Source of the DNA: Armatimonadota bacterium
Lineage (GTDB): Bacteria; Sysuimicrobiota; Sysuimicrobiia; Sysuimicrobiales; Humicultoraceae
Direction: 5' to 3'
Length of the DNA: 32,315 nt
NCBI GenBank assembly: GCA_037446215.1
Contig: JBBIJB010000023.1
Coordinates: 1-32,315, forward strand
Both the position numbers and the translations under genes were made by a program. Positions 1 to 7,637 of the stretch are shown here, in pieces (position 1 is the stretch's first letter; every line of letters begins with the position of its first letter). The notes under the pieces were generated by a model. That model saw nothing but the letters and a program-made list of their open reading frames with translations. It was not told the DNA's origin and ran no database searches.

Positions 1-1
1 C

Positions 2-1234
2 ACGACACCCCAGGGCGGCGGCTACAAGAGCCTCAACGTGACCACGCGCAAGAACTTCGGGCTCTACGCCAACATCCGCCCCTGCGTCTCCTACCACCCG
101 TTCGTGCAGACCAAGCACCCGAAGATGGACGTGGTGATAGTGAGGGAGAACGAAGAGGATCTCTACGCCGGGATCGAGTACAGGCAGACGGATGACGTCT
201 ACCAGTGCCTGAAGCTCATCAGCAGGCCCGGCAGCGAGAAGATCATCCGCTACGCCTTCGAGTACGCCGTCAGGAACAGCCGCCGGAAGGTCACCTGCTT
301 CACCAAGGACAACATCATGAAGATGACCGACGGCCTGTTCCACCGTGTCTTCGACGAGATCGGCGCCGACTATCCCGCGATAGAGAAGGAGCACTGGATC
401 GTAGATATCGGCGCCGCCAAGTTAGCCGACACGCCCGAGGCCTTCGACGTGGTGGTCCTGCCCAACCTCTACGGAGACATCCTGTCGGATGTCGCAGCGC
501 AGATCGCCGGATCGGTAGGCCTGGCCGGCTCGGCGAACATCGGCGATCAGGCGGCTATGTTCGAAGCGATCCACGGCTCTGCGCCCCGGCGTGCCGGCCA
601 GAACCTTGCCAACCCCTCCGGCCTCCTGCTAGGCGCGGTGATGATGCTGGTGCACATCGATCAAGCAGAGGTAGCCGCCCGCGCCCACAACGCCTGGCTG
701 CGCACCATAGAGGAGGGGATCCACACGTACGACATCTACGACCCCGCGGTGAGCAGGGAGAAGGTAGGCACGCGGGAGTTCGCCCAGGCGATCGTGGCGC
801 GTCTGGGCAGAGAACCGGAGACCCTCCGACCCGCGAGATACGCCGCTTCGACAGACGCGGCCGGCCCCCGGAAGCCCGCCGCCCTGGCGAGGGCGCAGAA
901 GGCACTGGTCGGCGTCGACGTGTTTGTGGACTGGAGCGGGGGAAGCCCGGACGACCTGGGAGGCCGGGTGAAAGCCCTGGCAGGGGATGGCCTTCGCCTC
1001 GGCATGATCAGCAACCGGGGAACCAGGGTCTACCCAGGGGGGTTCCCTGAGACGTTCTGCGTCGATCACTGGCGGTGCCGCTTCCTCCCGGAGACGAGGG
1101 GCGGCACCGTTTCGCACGGGCAGGTCGTCCGGCTGCTGGAGCGAGTGGCCGCGGCCGGCTTCGACTTCATCAAGAGCGAGAACCTCTACGCCTTCGACGG
1201 GCAGCCCGGCTACTCCGGTGACGGAGAGGAGTAG
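2..1234 (+). CDS. icd: Isocitrate dehydrogenase (long form with C-terminal extension), 5'-truncated by the window edge
   Basis: The frame is open from base 2 (TTPQGGGYKSLNVTTRK). Motifs RENEEDLYAGIE, KDNIMKMTDGLF, NLYGDILSD and FEAIHGSAP. C-terminal VGVDVF..MISNRG..VDHWRCRF domain as in Thermus/Rickettsia-type IDH. Confidence 0.93.
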   Translation, partial: TTPQGGGYKSLNVTTRKNFGLYANIRPCVSYHPFVQTKHPKMDVVIVRENEEDLYAGIEYRQTDDVYQCLKLISRPGSEKIIRYAFEYAVRNSRRKVTCFTKDNIMKMTDGLFHRVFDEIGADYPAIEKEHWIVDIGAAKLADTPEAFDVVVLPNLYGDILSDVAAQIAGSVGLAGSANIGDQAAMFEAIHGSAPRRAGQNLANPSGLLLGAVMMLVHIDQAEVAARAHNAWLRTIEEGIHTYDIYDPAVSREKVGTREFAQAIVARLGREPETLRPARYAASTDAAGPRKPAALARAQKALVGVDVFVDWSGGSPDDLGGRVKALAGDGLRLGMISNRGTRVYPGGFPETFCVDHWRCRFLPETRGGTVSHGQVVRLLERVAAAGFDFIKSENLYAFDGQPGYSGDGEE

Positions 1235-2607
1235 CCGACCACCGCTATATCGCCTGACATAGTGGAGAGCGCGAGCTTGGCTCCCGGGGACCCGAAGGAG
1301 GCCTGTAGAGAGCGGCGGTCCTGACGGACATCCCATAGGGGGATGTCCGTGTGGATCTCTCCGGACGCGACCCGGGCCGTGAGGCTGCACCCGGCATCCG
1401 GTCCTAGATGCACGGCGATCTCTCCGCTCATCGTGGACAGCACGGACTCCGCACCGGCGCAGAACCGCGCGACCTCTGCCTCCACATCGCCGCTTGCGGT
1501 CGAGAGATCCAGGGTCATCGCGCCGGTCGGGCGCTTCACCGCTATGTCGCCCTTCTTGGTGCGGGCAGAGACCGCGCCCCGGCAGGCTTCTACCGTGACA
1601 TCTCCCCTCATCGAGCGAACCCGCACCCCGCCGCCCACGCGCACCGCCTCGACGTCACCACGGATGGTGTCCACGTGCAGGCTGCCGCCCTGGCCGCGTG
1701 CCCTGATGTCCCCGCTGGTGGCATGGACCGTCAGGGACCCAGAGAGCCCCTCGGCCTCGACGTCGCCCTTCACCTGGTTCAGATCTACTTCCACCCCCGG
1801 GGGAACCTGGATATCGAGGTCAACCCGCGTGCGGCGCGTCGCCGGAGGGTGGACCCGGATCTCGAAGGCCTCCCCCTCCCACCCGGCCGTGATCCGGACC
1901 TGGTCCAGGGTCCCGGCGGCGTCTGCCCCGTCGCGTCCCCATGCCCTGGTGGTTGCCTTGGCGTGCAGCAGCGCGTCGGGGCTCGGGGTCAGCCTCACGT
2001 CGCCCCAGGTGTTGCGCACGGCCAGCTTCCCTCCGGAGGGGAGATCGCCGTCGTGGGACCACGAGCCCGCCGCCTCCTCCATCCCCCAAAGCCCGTCGAT
2101 GGCCCGGGATATGCTCATGCCTAGGCCGTGGCGCCGGTGCTCTCGAAGCGCCCGTCGGGTCTCCTCCCTCGCGCGCCTGGCCGCACGGCGCACCTCGGCC
2201 TTGACGCGATCCGCGTCGAGCTTCGACCTCTCCAGGGAGTCACGGATCGTCTCCACCGACCCACGCACGGTCCTGACGATCTCGTCCACGTCGATGCTCG
2301 ACGCGATCTCGTCGACCAACGAGCGGAACTCGCCGGCGAGGCTCTCATCCCTGGGCGCAGTCCCGGCTGCGCGCCTCGGGCCGGCGACCTGCTCACTCCC
2401 GGCACCCGCGGCCGGGGGTTCTGCTGGGGCTTGCGCCTCCTGCGCGGCCGCCTTGTGTGTTGGAGCGTCCGCGTACCCCGGCTCCTCCCCGTAGTCGCCG
2501 ACCTCTCCCTCGGCCTCTTCCAGCGCCATGATCAGTACCTCGGCCTCCTCGACTGAGATCCTGCCCGCTTTGAGCATCCTCAGGACGCGCTGCCTCTCCT
2601 CGCTCAC
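1210..2607 (-). CDS. DUF4097 (Toastrack / YvlB-LiaX-like) beta-repeat protein with N-terminal SHOCT-like helix pair
   Basis: N-terminus EERQRVLRMLKAGRISVEEAEVLIMAL, an acidic/Pro-Ala linker, a coiled segment, then repeated (T/S)xxGD(I/V) beta-strand units. GTG start with GAGGAGG RBS. Confidence 0.8.
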   Translation of the reverse strand: MSEERQRVLRMLKAGRISVEEAEVLIMALEEAEGEVGDYGEEPGYADAPTHKAAAQEAQAPAEPPAAGAGSEQVAGPRRAAGTAPRDESLAGEFRSLVDEIASSIDVDEIVRTVRGSVETIRDSLERSKLDADRVKAEVRRAARRAREETRRALREHRRHGLGMSISRAIDGLWGMEEAAGSWSHDGDLPSGGKLAVRNTWGDVRLTPSPDALLHAKATTRAWGRDGADAAGTLDQVRITAGWEGEAFEIRVHPPATRRTRVDLDIQVPPGVEVDLNQVKGDVEAEGLSGSLTVHATSGDIRARGQGGSLHVDTIRGDVEAVRVGGGVRVRSMRGDVTVEACRGAVSARTKKGDIAVKRPTGAMTLDLSTASGDVEAEVARFCAGAESVLSTMSGEIAVHLGPDAGCSLTARVASGEIHTDIPLWDVRQDRRSLQASFGSPGAKLALSTMSGDIAVVGYSSPSPE

Positions 2608-2649
2608 GTCAGACCCTCCTCACACTCTGCGATGCCTCGCGGCACGCGC

Positions 2650-3090
2650 CTAGCCAGACATCCGGCGCAGTATCAGGGCGGCTTCGTGCGGCGCGAGCGA
2701 CCCGGCCTCGAGCTGGTCGAGGATCTCCCGCCGCCGGCGCCTCAGTGCCTCTCGATCCTCTTCCTCTGCCCCTCCCAGCCCCAGCGCGGCCAACAGGGAA
2801 TCCAGGCGGCTTCGAACCGTTGGGTACGATATCCCGAGCTCCCGCTCCACCTTTCGGATGTTGCCCCTTGAGCGAAGGAACGCCTCGAGGAAAGCATGCT
2901 GGTCGGGCGAGAGCCTGGCGAAGCGGGATGCGCTGTACCTGCCTTCGACTGCCGTCTTGCAGGTACCGCACTCGAGCCGTACCACCGCAAGCTCATCCCC
3001 GCAGACGGGACATGTGCCCGGCATCCCGTATGCAGCCTGTGGGGCCTTCTCGGCACGCTCAGGCCGAGCCTCATGTGCCGCTCGATCCAT
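2650..3090 (-). CDS. DUF2089 family protein (Zn-ribbon + HTH + C-terminal SHOCT-like)
   Basis: CPVCG...CGTC Zn ribbon, GNIRKVERELGISYPTVRSRLD HTH, C-terminal RREILDQLEAGSLAPHEAALIL. Start placed at ATG 3090 because GGAGG lies 8 nt upstream (alternatives 3105 and 3024). Confidence 0.85.
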   Translation of the reverse strand: MDRAAHEARPERAEKAPQAAYGMPGTCPVCGDELAVVRLECGTCKTAVEGRYSASRFARLSPDQHAFLEAFLRSRGNIRKVERELGISYPTVRSRLDSLLAALGLGGAEEEDREALRRRRREILDQLEAGSLAPHEAALILRRMSG

Positions 3091-3130
3091 TCTGGCCGCC
3101 TCCATGTCGTTACGGTGTCTCCCCAAAATC

Positions 3131-3177
3131 TTAACTATCATATTGAATTAGTTAACATGTATCTTTCAATTTGTCAA
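3131..3177 (-). promoter_or_regulatory. AT-rich promoter with perfect -35 and overlapping inverted repeat (candidate operator) for the DUF2089/DUF4097 operon
   Basis: TTGACA at 3177-3172 (minus). Weak TG-extended -10-like TAACTA 17 bp downstream. Inverted repeat TTAACTA(3131-3137)..TAGTTAA(3149-3155). Confidence 0.6.
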
Positions 3178-3326
3178 GGGATTCATCACGCGGGCCCCGG
3201 CCCCGAGCTCGGTCTGGGCGAAGCGGGCCGACGCGGCCCGGACCTTCTGTAGGCGTGGCTGCGCTGTGGGGACACGGAACTCCTGGATCTCAGACGGCTG
3301 AAGTTGCCCGGGGTGTACGAGAAGCA

Positions 3327-3365
3327 AGAACGCGAGTCCCGCCCTCAGGCTAGAACCCGCGTCCC
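3327..3365 (-). terminator. Stem-loop downstream of tRNA-Pro, probable terminator
   Basis: On minus, GGGACGCGGGTTCT pairs with GGGACTCGCGTTCT (with G-U pairs), followed by a pyrimidine-rich TGCTTCTC. It starts 14 nt after the tRNA CCA. Confidence 0.55.
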
Positions 3366-3379
3366 ATCTGGCTTAGAGC

Positions 3380-3456
3380 TGGTCGGGCCGGGCGGACTTG
3401 AACCGCCGACCTCCTGAACCCCATTCAGGCGCGCTACCAAACTGCGCTACGGCCCG
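3380..3456 (-). tRNA. tRNA-Pro (anticodon GGG)
   Basis: CGGGCCGTAGCGCAGTTTGGTAGCGCG-CCTGA-ATGGGGT-TCAGG-AGGTC-GGCGG-TTCAAGT-CCGCC-CGGCCCG-ACCA. 77 nt, C1-G72, A73, encoded CCA. Confidence 0.97.
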
Positions 3457-3469
3457 GCTTCCAAGGCGG

Positions 3470-3499
3470 AGTATAGCATCAGGCCGGGCGGCCTGACAA
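3470..3499 (-). promoter_or_regulatory. Sigma70-type promoter of tRNA-Pro
   Basis: TTGTCA (3499-3494), 18 bp, then TATACT (3475-3470) with a TG extension. It lies 13 nt upstream of the mature tRNA. Confidence 0.75.
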
Positions 3500-3526
3500 A
3501 TGCGACCGGCTGAGCCCGCGCCTCCG

Positions 3527-4120
3527 CTACTGCTTCGGCCGGTGGGTTATCCGCAGCTCCTGGCCGCGAACCAGGCGATGGATGTTTCCGCGGTGCTGGT
3601 AGACAACCATGACGAGGGCGGCCAGCCCAAACAGGACGTGCTCCAGCGGCTCCCTCCGCAGCAGCATCACGATCGGCACAGAGGTTACGCCGCAGAGCGA
3701 GGCGAGCGACGCGTACCTCGTCGCCGCCACGACGACGATCCAGACCGCCGCTCCCAGGACTCCGGCCGGCGGCGAGAGCGCAAGCAGGACGCCGAAGGAA
3801 CTGGCCACTCCCCTGCCGCCGCGGCCCCGCAGGAAGATGGACCAGTTGTGGCCCGCTATCGCGGCGATGCCGGCGGTGATCTGCCATGCGGGAGCGAGCC
3901 CCAGGCACTGGGCCACGACCACGGGTAGGACGCCCTTTGCAAGATCGAGGAGCAGCGCAAGCACGCCCGGCACCGGCCCTGCCACTCGGAAGACGTTTGA
4001 GGCGCCGATGTTGCCGCTGCCCTCCCTGGTTATGTCGCGGCCCGAGAGCGCCCTGACCACGAGCAGGCCGAAGGGCACGGCGCCGAGCAGGTAGGAAGCG
4101 GCCAGGAGCAGGAGAGCCAT
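3527..4120 (-). CDS. plsY: Acyl-phosphate:glycerol-3-phosphate acyltransferase
   Basis: YLLGAVPFG, GSGNIGASNVFR, DLAKG, GHNWSIF, GGRGVAS and HRGNIHRL motifs. Hydrophobic, and directly downstream of der. Confidence 0.95.
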   Translation of the reverse strand: MALLLLAASYLLGAVPFGLLVVRALSGRDITREGSGNIGASNVFRVAGPVPGVLALLLDLAKGVLPVVVAQCLGLAPAWQITAGIAAIAGHNWSIFLRGRGGRGVASSFGVLLALSPPAGVLGAAVWIVVVAATRYASLASLCGVTSVPIVMLLRREPLEHVLFGLAALVMVVYQHRGNIHRLVRGQELRITHRPKQ

Positions 4121-4144
4121 CTCTATCTCCTCACGGTAGTCCGG

Positions 4145-5518
4145 CTAGGGTCCCGCGCCGCCCTTGGCGCGCCGCTCGCCGTCCTGACGGCGCCGGCGAA
4201 GGGCGAGGCGCAGGGGCGTGCCTTCGAGGTCGAACTCGGAGCGGATCGCACCCTCCAAGTATCTCAGATACGACTCGGCCATGCGGGAGGGCTCGTTCAC
4301 GAACAGCACGACCATCGGAGGCCGCGTCTTTGGCTGCGTGGCGTAGAAGACCTTCAGCCTCCTGCCGGCCGCGTCGGCGGGCGGTTGGTGGGCGGCGACG
4401 GCGGACTCCACCACCCGGTTCAGCGGGCCCGTGGGGATGCGGCTCCTGTGGGCCGCGCCTACCCGATCGATCGCCTCGAACAGCCCGGCGATCCCCCACC
4501 CCTTGACCGCCGAGGCCGCGGTGATCGGCGCGTAGCCCAGGAACCGGAGCGGCCCTCGGACCGAGCGCTCGCGATCCCTATCGAGCGAAGGTGTTGCCGC
4601 CACGAGGTCCCACTTGTTGAGGACCACTACCACACCGCAGCCGGCGCGCGCCACGTCGGCCGCGATCCTCTGATCCTGATCGGCGACGCCTCCCGTCGCA
4701 TCCAGCACCAGCACGGCGACGTCGGCCCTCTCGATGGCCCGACGTGTACGGGAGACGCTGTAGGACTCCACCCCGCGCGCGACGCGCGCCCTGCGGCGCA
4801 GCCCCGCGGTGTCGATGAGCGTGTACCTGCGCCCGGCCCGCTCGCAGAGGGTATCCACGGCGTCGCGGGTGGTTCCGGGCTCCTCGTCCACGACCACGCG
4901 CTCCTCGCCCAGCATCGCGTTGATCAGGGACGACTTCCCAACGTTCGGCCGCCCGACGACCGCCACCGCGATCGCCGCCTCCTCCCCCTGCTCCTCCTCC
5001 ACGCCGCCCTCGGGCAGGAGCGCCACGACGGCGTCGAGCAGGTCCCCGGTGCCGAGCCCGTGGTAGGCGGATACCGCGAGCGGGTCTCCGAGCCCCAGCG
5101 CGGAGAACTCCGCGGCCTGGGCTTCGCGCAGGGGACTGTCGGCCTTGTTGGCCACGACGATGACCGGGATGCGGGAGCGGCGCACCAGGTCGGCCATCTC
5201 CAGATCCTCGGGCAGGAGCCCGTCGCGGGCATCGACCACAAGGAGGACCAGATCTGCCTCCGCGATGGCGGCCGACACCTGCGACCGCACCTGGGAGGCC
5301 AGCCCTGCCGAGGCGCCCGAAACCATCCCTCCTGTATCCACCACTGAGAAGGCACGTCCCCGCCATCGGGCCGTCGAGTAGAGACGGTCCCGTGTCACGC
5401 CGGGCTGGTCTTCCACTATGGCGATGTGCCGGTTCACGAGCCTGTTGAACAGAGATGACTTCCCGACGTTGGGGCGGCCGACGACGGCGACAATCGGGAG
5501 CGATGGCCGGGTGCTCAC
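4145..5518 (-). CDS. der: Ribosome biogenesis GTPase Der (EngA)
   Basis: Two G-domains (GRPNVGKS/DTGG/NKAD and GRPNVGKS/DTAG/NKWD) plus a KH-like C-terminus (YATQ..PP..YLRYLE..GTP). GTG 5518 overlaps the ispH stop (GTGA). Confidence 0.96.
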   Translation of the reverse strand: MSTRPSLPIVAVVGRPNVGKSSLFNRLVNRHIAIVEDQPGVTRDRLYSTARWRGRAFSVVDTGGMVSGASAGLASQVRSQVSAAIAEADLVLLVVDARDGLLPEDLEMADLVRRSRIPVIVVANKADSPLREAQAAEFSALGLGDPLAVSAYHGLGTGDLLDAVVALLPEGGVEEEQGEEAAIAVAVVGRPNVGKSSLINAMLGEERVVVDEEPGTTRDAVDTLCERAGRRYTLIDTAGLRRRARVARGVESYSVSRTRRAIERADVAVLVLDATGGVADQDQRIAADVARAGCGVVVVLNKWDLVAATPSLDRDRERSVRGPLRFLGYAPITAASAVKGWGIAGLFEAIDRVGAAHRSRIPTGPLNRVVESAVAAHQPPADAAGRRLKVFYATQPKTRPPMVVLFVNEPSRMAESYLRYLEGAIRSEFDLEGTPLRLALRRRRQDGERRAKGGAGP

Positions 5519-6387
5519 CCGTCCGCGGTCCCCGGCGACGGGCGGTGGGCATCGCCGATCGCGCGCAGCGACTCCACGACCTCGGCTATGATCCACTCAG
5601 GGGTTGAGGCGCCGGAGACAACGCCCACGCGCCCCGTGGACGCGAACCAGGCCGGCCGCAGCTCTTCCGAGGTCTCGATGTGGTAGGTCGGCAGGCCAGC
5701 CGCGCGGCCTATCTCGGCCAGCCGCGTGGTGTTGCTGCTGTGGTGGCCGCCGACTACCACGAGCGCGTCCACCCTCCGAACGAGATCGCGGGCCTCTTCC
5801 TGGCGCAGCGTTATGGCCGGGCACAGCGTGTTGTACACCTTGAGCTCCTTGGAGCCCAGGGCAAGGTCGCCTACGATCGCGCGGAAGTTCTCGAGTGACT
5901 GGGTGGTTTGAGAAACCACCCCCACCCTCCCACCACGCTCGAGCCGTGAGGCCTCCGCGGGCTTGTGGACCACTGTGACCCTCTCCCCCAACGCCTCCTT
6001 GAGGGCCAGCATCTCCGGATGGCCGTGGTCGCCGACGGCGACTACCCGGTAGCCCTCCTCCGCCAGGCGGGCCGCCAGCAGATGCGCCCGCTTCACCACG
6101 GGGCATGTCGCATCTACCAGGACCATACCCCGATTCGCGGCAGCACGCAGGACCTCTTGCTCGACGCCGTAGGCCGACACCACGAACGCCTCTCCATCCA
6201 GGCCGTCGACGCTGTCCGTGACGCGGACCCCGGCTTCCTCCAGGCGCATGACGACCTGGGGGTTGTGTATCAGCGGTCCCCAGGTGCGGACCCCGCCCAA
6301 GTAGTTCGCGGCCGCCGCGCCGGCCATCTCGACCGCGCGCTTGACGCCTCCGCAAAACCCCTGATGTCTCGCCCGGACTATCTCCAT
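5515..6387 (-). CDS. ispH: 4-hydroxy-3-methylbut-2-enyl diphosphate reductase
   Basis: GFCGGV, IHNP, DATCP, HPE, SQTTQ, NTLCPA, SSNT and GASTP motifs. ATG 6387 with GGAGG RBS (the ORF track start at 6741 is over-extended). Confidence 0.95.
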   Translation of the reverse strand: MEIVRARHQGFCGGVKRAVEMAGAAAANYLGGVRTWGPLIHNPQVVMRLEEAGVRVTDSVDGLDGEAFVVSAYGVEQEVLRAAANRGMVLVDATCPVVKRAHLLAARLAEEGYRVVAVGDHGHPEMLALKEALGERVTVVHKPAEASRLERGGRVGVVSQTTQSLENFRAIVGDLALGSKELKVYNTLCPAITLRQEEARDLVRRVDALVVVGGHHSSNTTRLAEIGRAAGLPTYHIETSEELRPAWFASTGRVGVVSGASTPEWIIAEVVESLRAIGDAHRPSPGTADG

Positions 6388-6410
6388 GTCCCCTCCGCGG
6401 CTACCTTGAA

Positions 6411-6439
6411 AGAGTATCAAAGGGCAACCCCCTGGGCAA
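6411..6439 (-). promoter_or_regulatory. Sigma70-type promoter for ispH-der-plsY
   Basis: TTGCCC (6439-6434), 17 bp, then TACTCT (6416-6411) preceded by TGA (extended -10). Confidence 0.6.
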
Positions 6440-6508
6440 CGGAGGGCGGGCGCCGGCGTGTGGGAGGAGCAGGTCGGGGCCGTGGAGAACAGGATGGAGC
6501 GGGAGTTG

Positions 6509-6535
6509 TGAAAACCTTTGCATGAAACCCTTACA
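6509..6535. promoter_or_regulatory. Tandem LacI-family operator-like sites
   Basis: TGAAAACCTTTGCA (6509-6522) and TGAAACCCTTACA (6523-6535). Both resemble the TGWAANCGNTNWCA-type pseudo-palindrome and sit immediately before the LacI gene. Confidence 0.5.
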
Positions 6536-6539
6536 GAAG

Positions 6540-7634
6540 ATGCCCCGTAGGGCGCGGCCGCTGTCGATCGTCGAGGTCGCCCGTCAGGCCAAGGTCTCCC
6601 CGGCGACCGTCTCGCGCGTGCTCGGCGGACAGCGCAAGCATATCGCCGCTCAGACTCGCCAGCGCGTCCTAGCCGCGGCGGCGCGCCTTGACTACAGCCC
6701 CAACGCGCTCGCCCGGAGCCTCGCCACCCGTCGCACTCCAATCCTGGCGGCGCTGGTCCACGACATCTCCGACCCCTACTTCGGGGAAATAGCGAGCGGC
6801 ATTGAGGCGGTCGCCGGCGACTCGGGCCACGTGGTGATGGTGTGCAACTGGCTGCTGGAGCCCGAGAGGCTGTTGAGATCTCTACGGCTGCTACGCTCTC
6901 TTCGAGTGGCCGGAGTGGTCTTCTGCGGCAGCGGGATAGTCCCCGAGCACCCGTTGGGCGGCGAGACCCGCCGCTTGATCGATCTGCTCAGGCGCGACGG
7001 GGCCCGGATGGTGGCCCTGGCCCCCCAGCCCGCGCCGATGCCCTCGGTCATGATCGACAATCGGGCGGCCGCGGCTCTAGCGGTACGGCACCTGGTCGAG
7101 CACGGCCACCGCGCAATAGGCCACCTCGCGGGCCCGAGGATCTTGCTCACAGCCGCCCTTCGACACGAAGGCTACCTTCGCGCGATGGCGGAGTCCGGGA
7201 TCGAGGCAGCCGCCCCTTGGGTGGAGTGGGCCGGCTTCGGCATGCTTGACGGGTTTGAGGGTGCAACCAGGCTTCTGGCAGCGGCCCCGGAGATCACTGC
7301 TATCTTCGCGGCCAACGACCAGCTCGCCGTGGGTGCGCTGGCCGCGGCCGAGAGCGCCGGCAGGTCTGTTCCCTCTGATCTGTCGATCGTGGGGATCGGG
7401 AACGTACCGGTGCTGCCGTTCCTCAGGCCGGGGCTGAGCACGGTTTCGGTTCCGACGCGGACGCTCGGGGAGGAAGCGGCCCGCCACCTGCTGCGGCGCA
7501 GGCAGCGGCCTGAGCTGGAGACACAGGAGACCCAAACCCTTGCGGTAGGGCTCACCGCCAGGCAGTCGGTGGCACCGCCGACCCTGCGCCGCGCGGCCCC
7601 ACGGAGGAGATCCAGAAACGGGAGTCCGAGGTGA
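6540..7634 (+). CDS. LacI/GalR family transcriptional regulator
   Basis: HTH SIVEVARQAKVSPATVSRVL, hinge YSPNALARSL, periplasmic-binding-like core (DN..AA, ANDQLA, VPSDLSIVG, LSTV). Start is 6540 or 6522. Confidence 0.93.
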   Translation: MPRRARPLSIVEVARQAKVSPATVSRVLGGQRKHIAAQTRQRVLAAAARLDYSPNALARSLATRRTPILAALVHDISDPYFGEIASGIEAVAGDSGHVVMVCNWLLEPERLLRSLRLLRSLRVAGVVFCGSGIVPEHPLGGETRRLIDLLRRDGARMVALAPQPAPMPSVMIDNRAAAALAVRHLVEHGHRAIGHLAGPRILLTAALRHEGYLRAMAESGIEAAAPWVEWAGFGMLDGFEGATRLLAAAPEITAIFAANDQLAVGALAAAESAGRSVPSDLSIVGIGNVPVLPFLRPGLSTVSVPTRTLGEEAARHLLRRRQRPELETQETQTLAVGLTARQSVAPPTLRRAAPRRRSRNGSPR

Positions 7635-7637
7635 CCG

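Noticed and set aside
1210..1234. 25-nt tail-to-tail overlap of icd and the DUF4097 gene as a regulatory feature
   Set aside because: Short convergent overlaps are common in compact GC-rich genomes, and there is no further evidence.
1240..2040. Repeated GD(I/V) units as a DNA repeat or CRISPR-like array
   Set aside because: They are protein-level beta-repeats of DUF4097, with no identical nucleotide repeats or spacers.
3187..3379. Integrative element or att site at the tRNA-Pro 3' end, or an ncRNA in this gap
   Set aside because: I saw no integrase and no duplicate of the tRNA 3' end in the window, only a terminator-like hairpin and a short GC hairpin (3224-3240).
6458..6511. Short plus-strand ORF (VWEEQVGAVENRMEREL*) before the LacI gene
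   Set aside because: Too short, with no recognisable homology; it could be chance or a remnant and cannot be supported.
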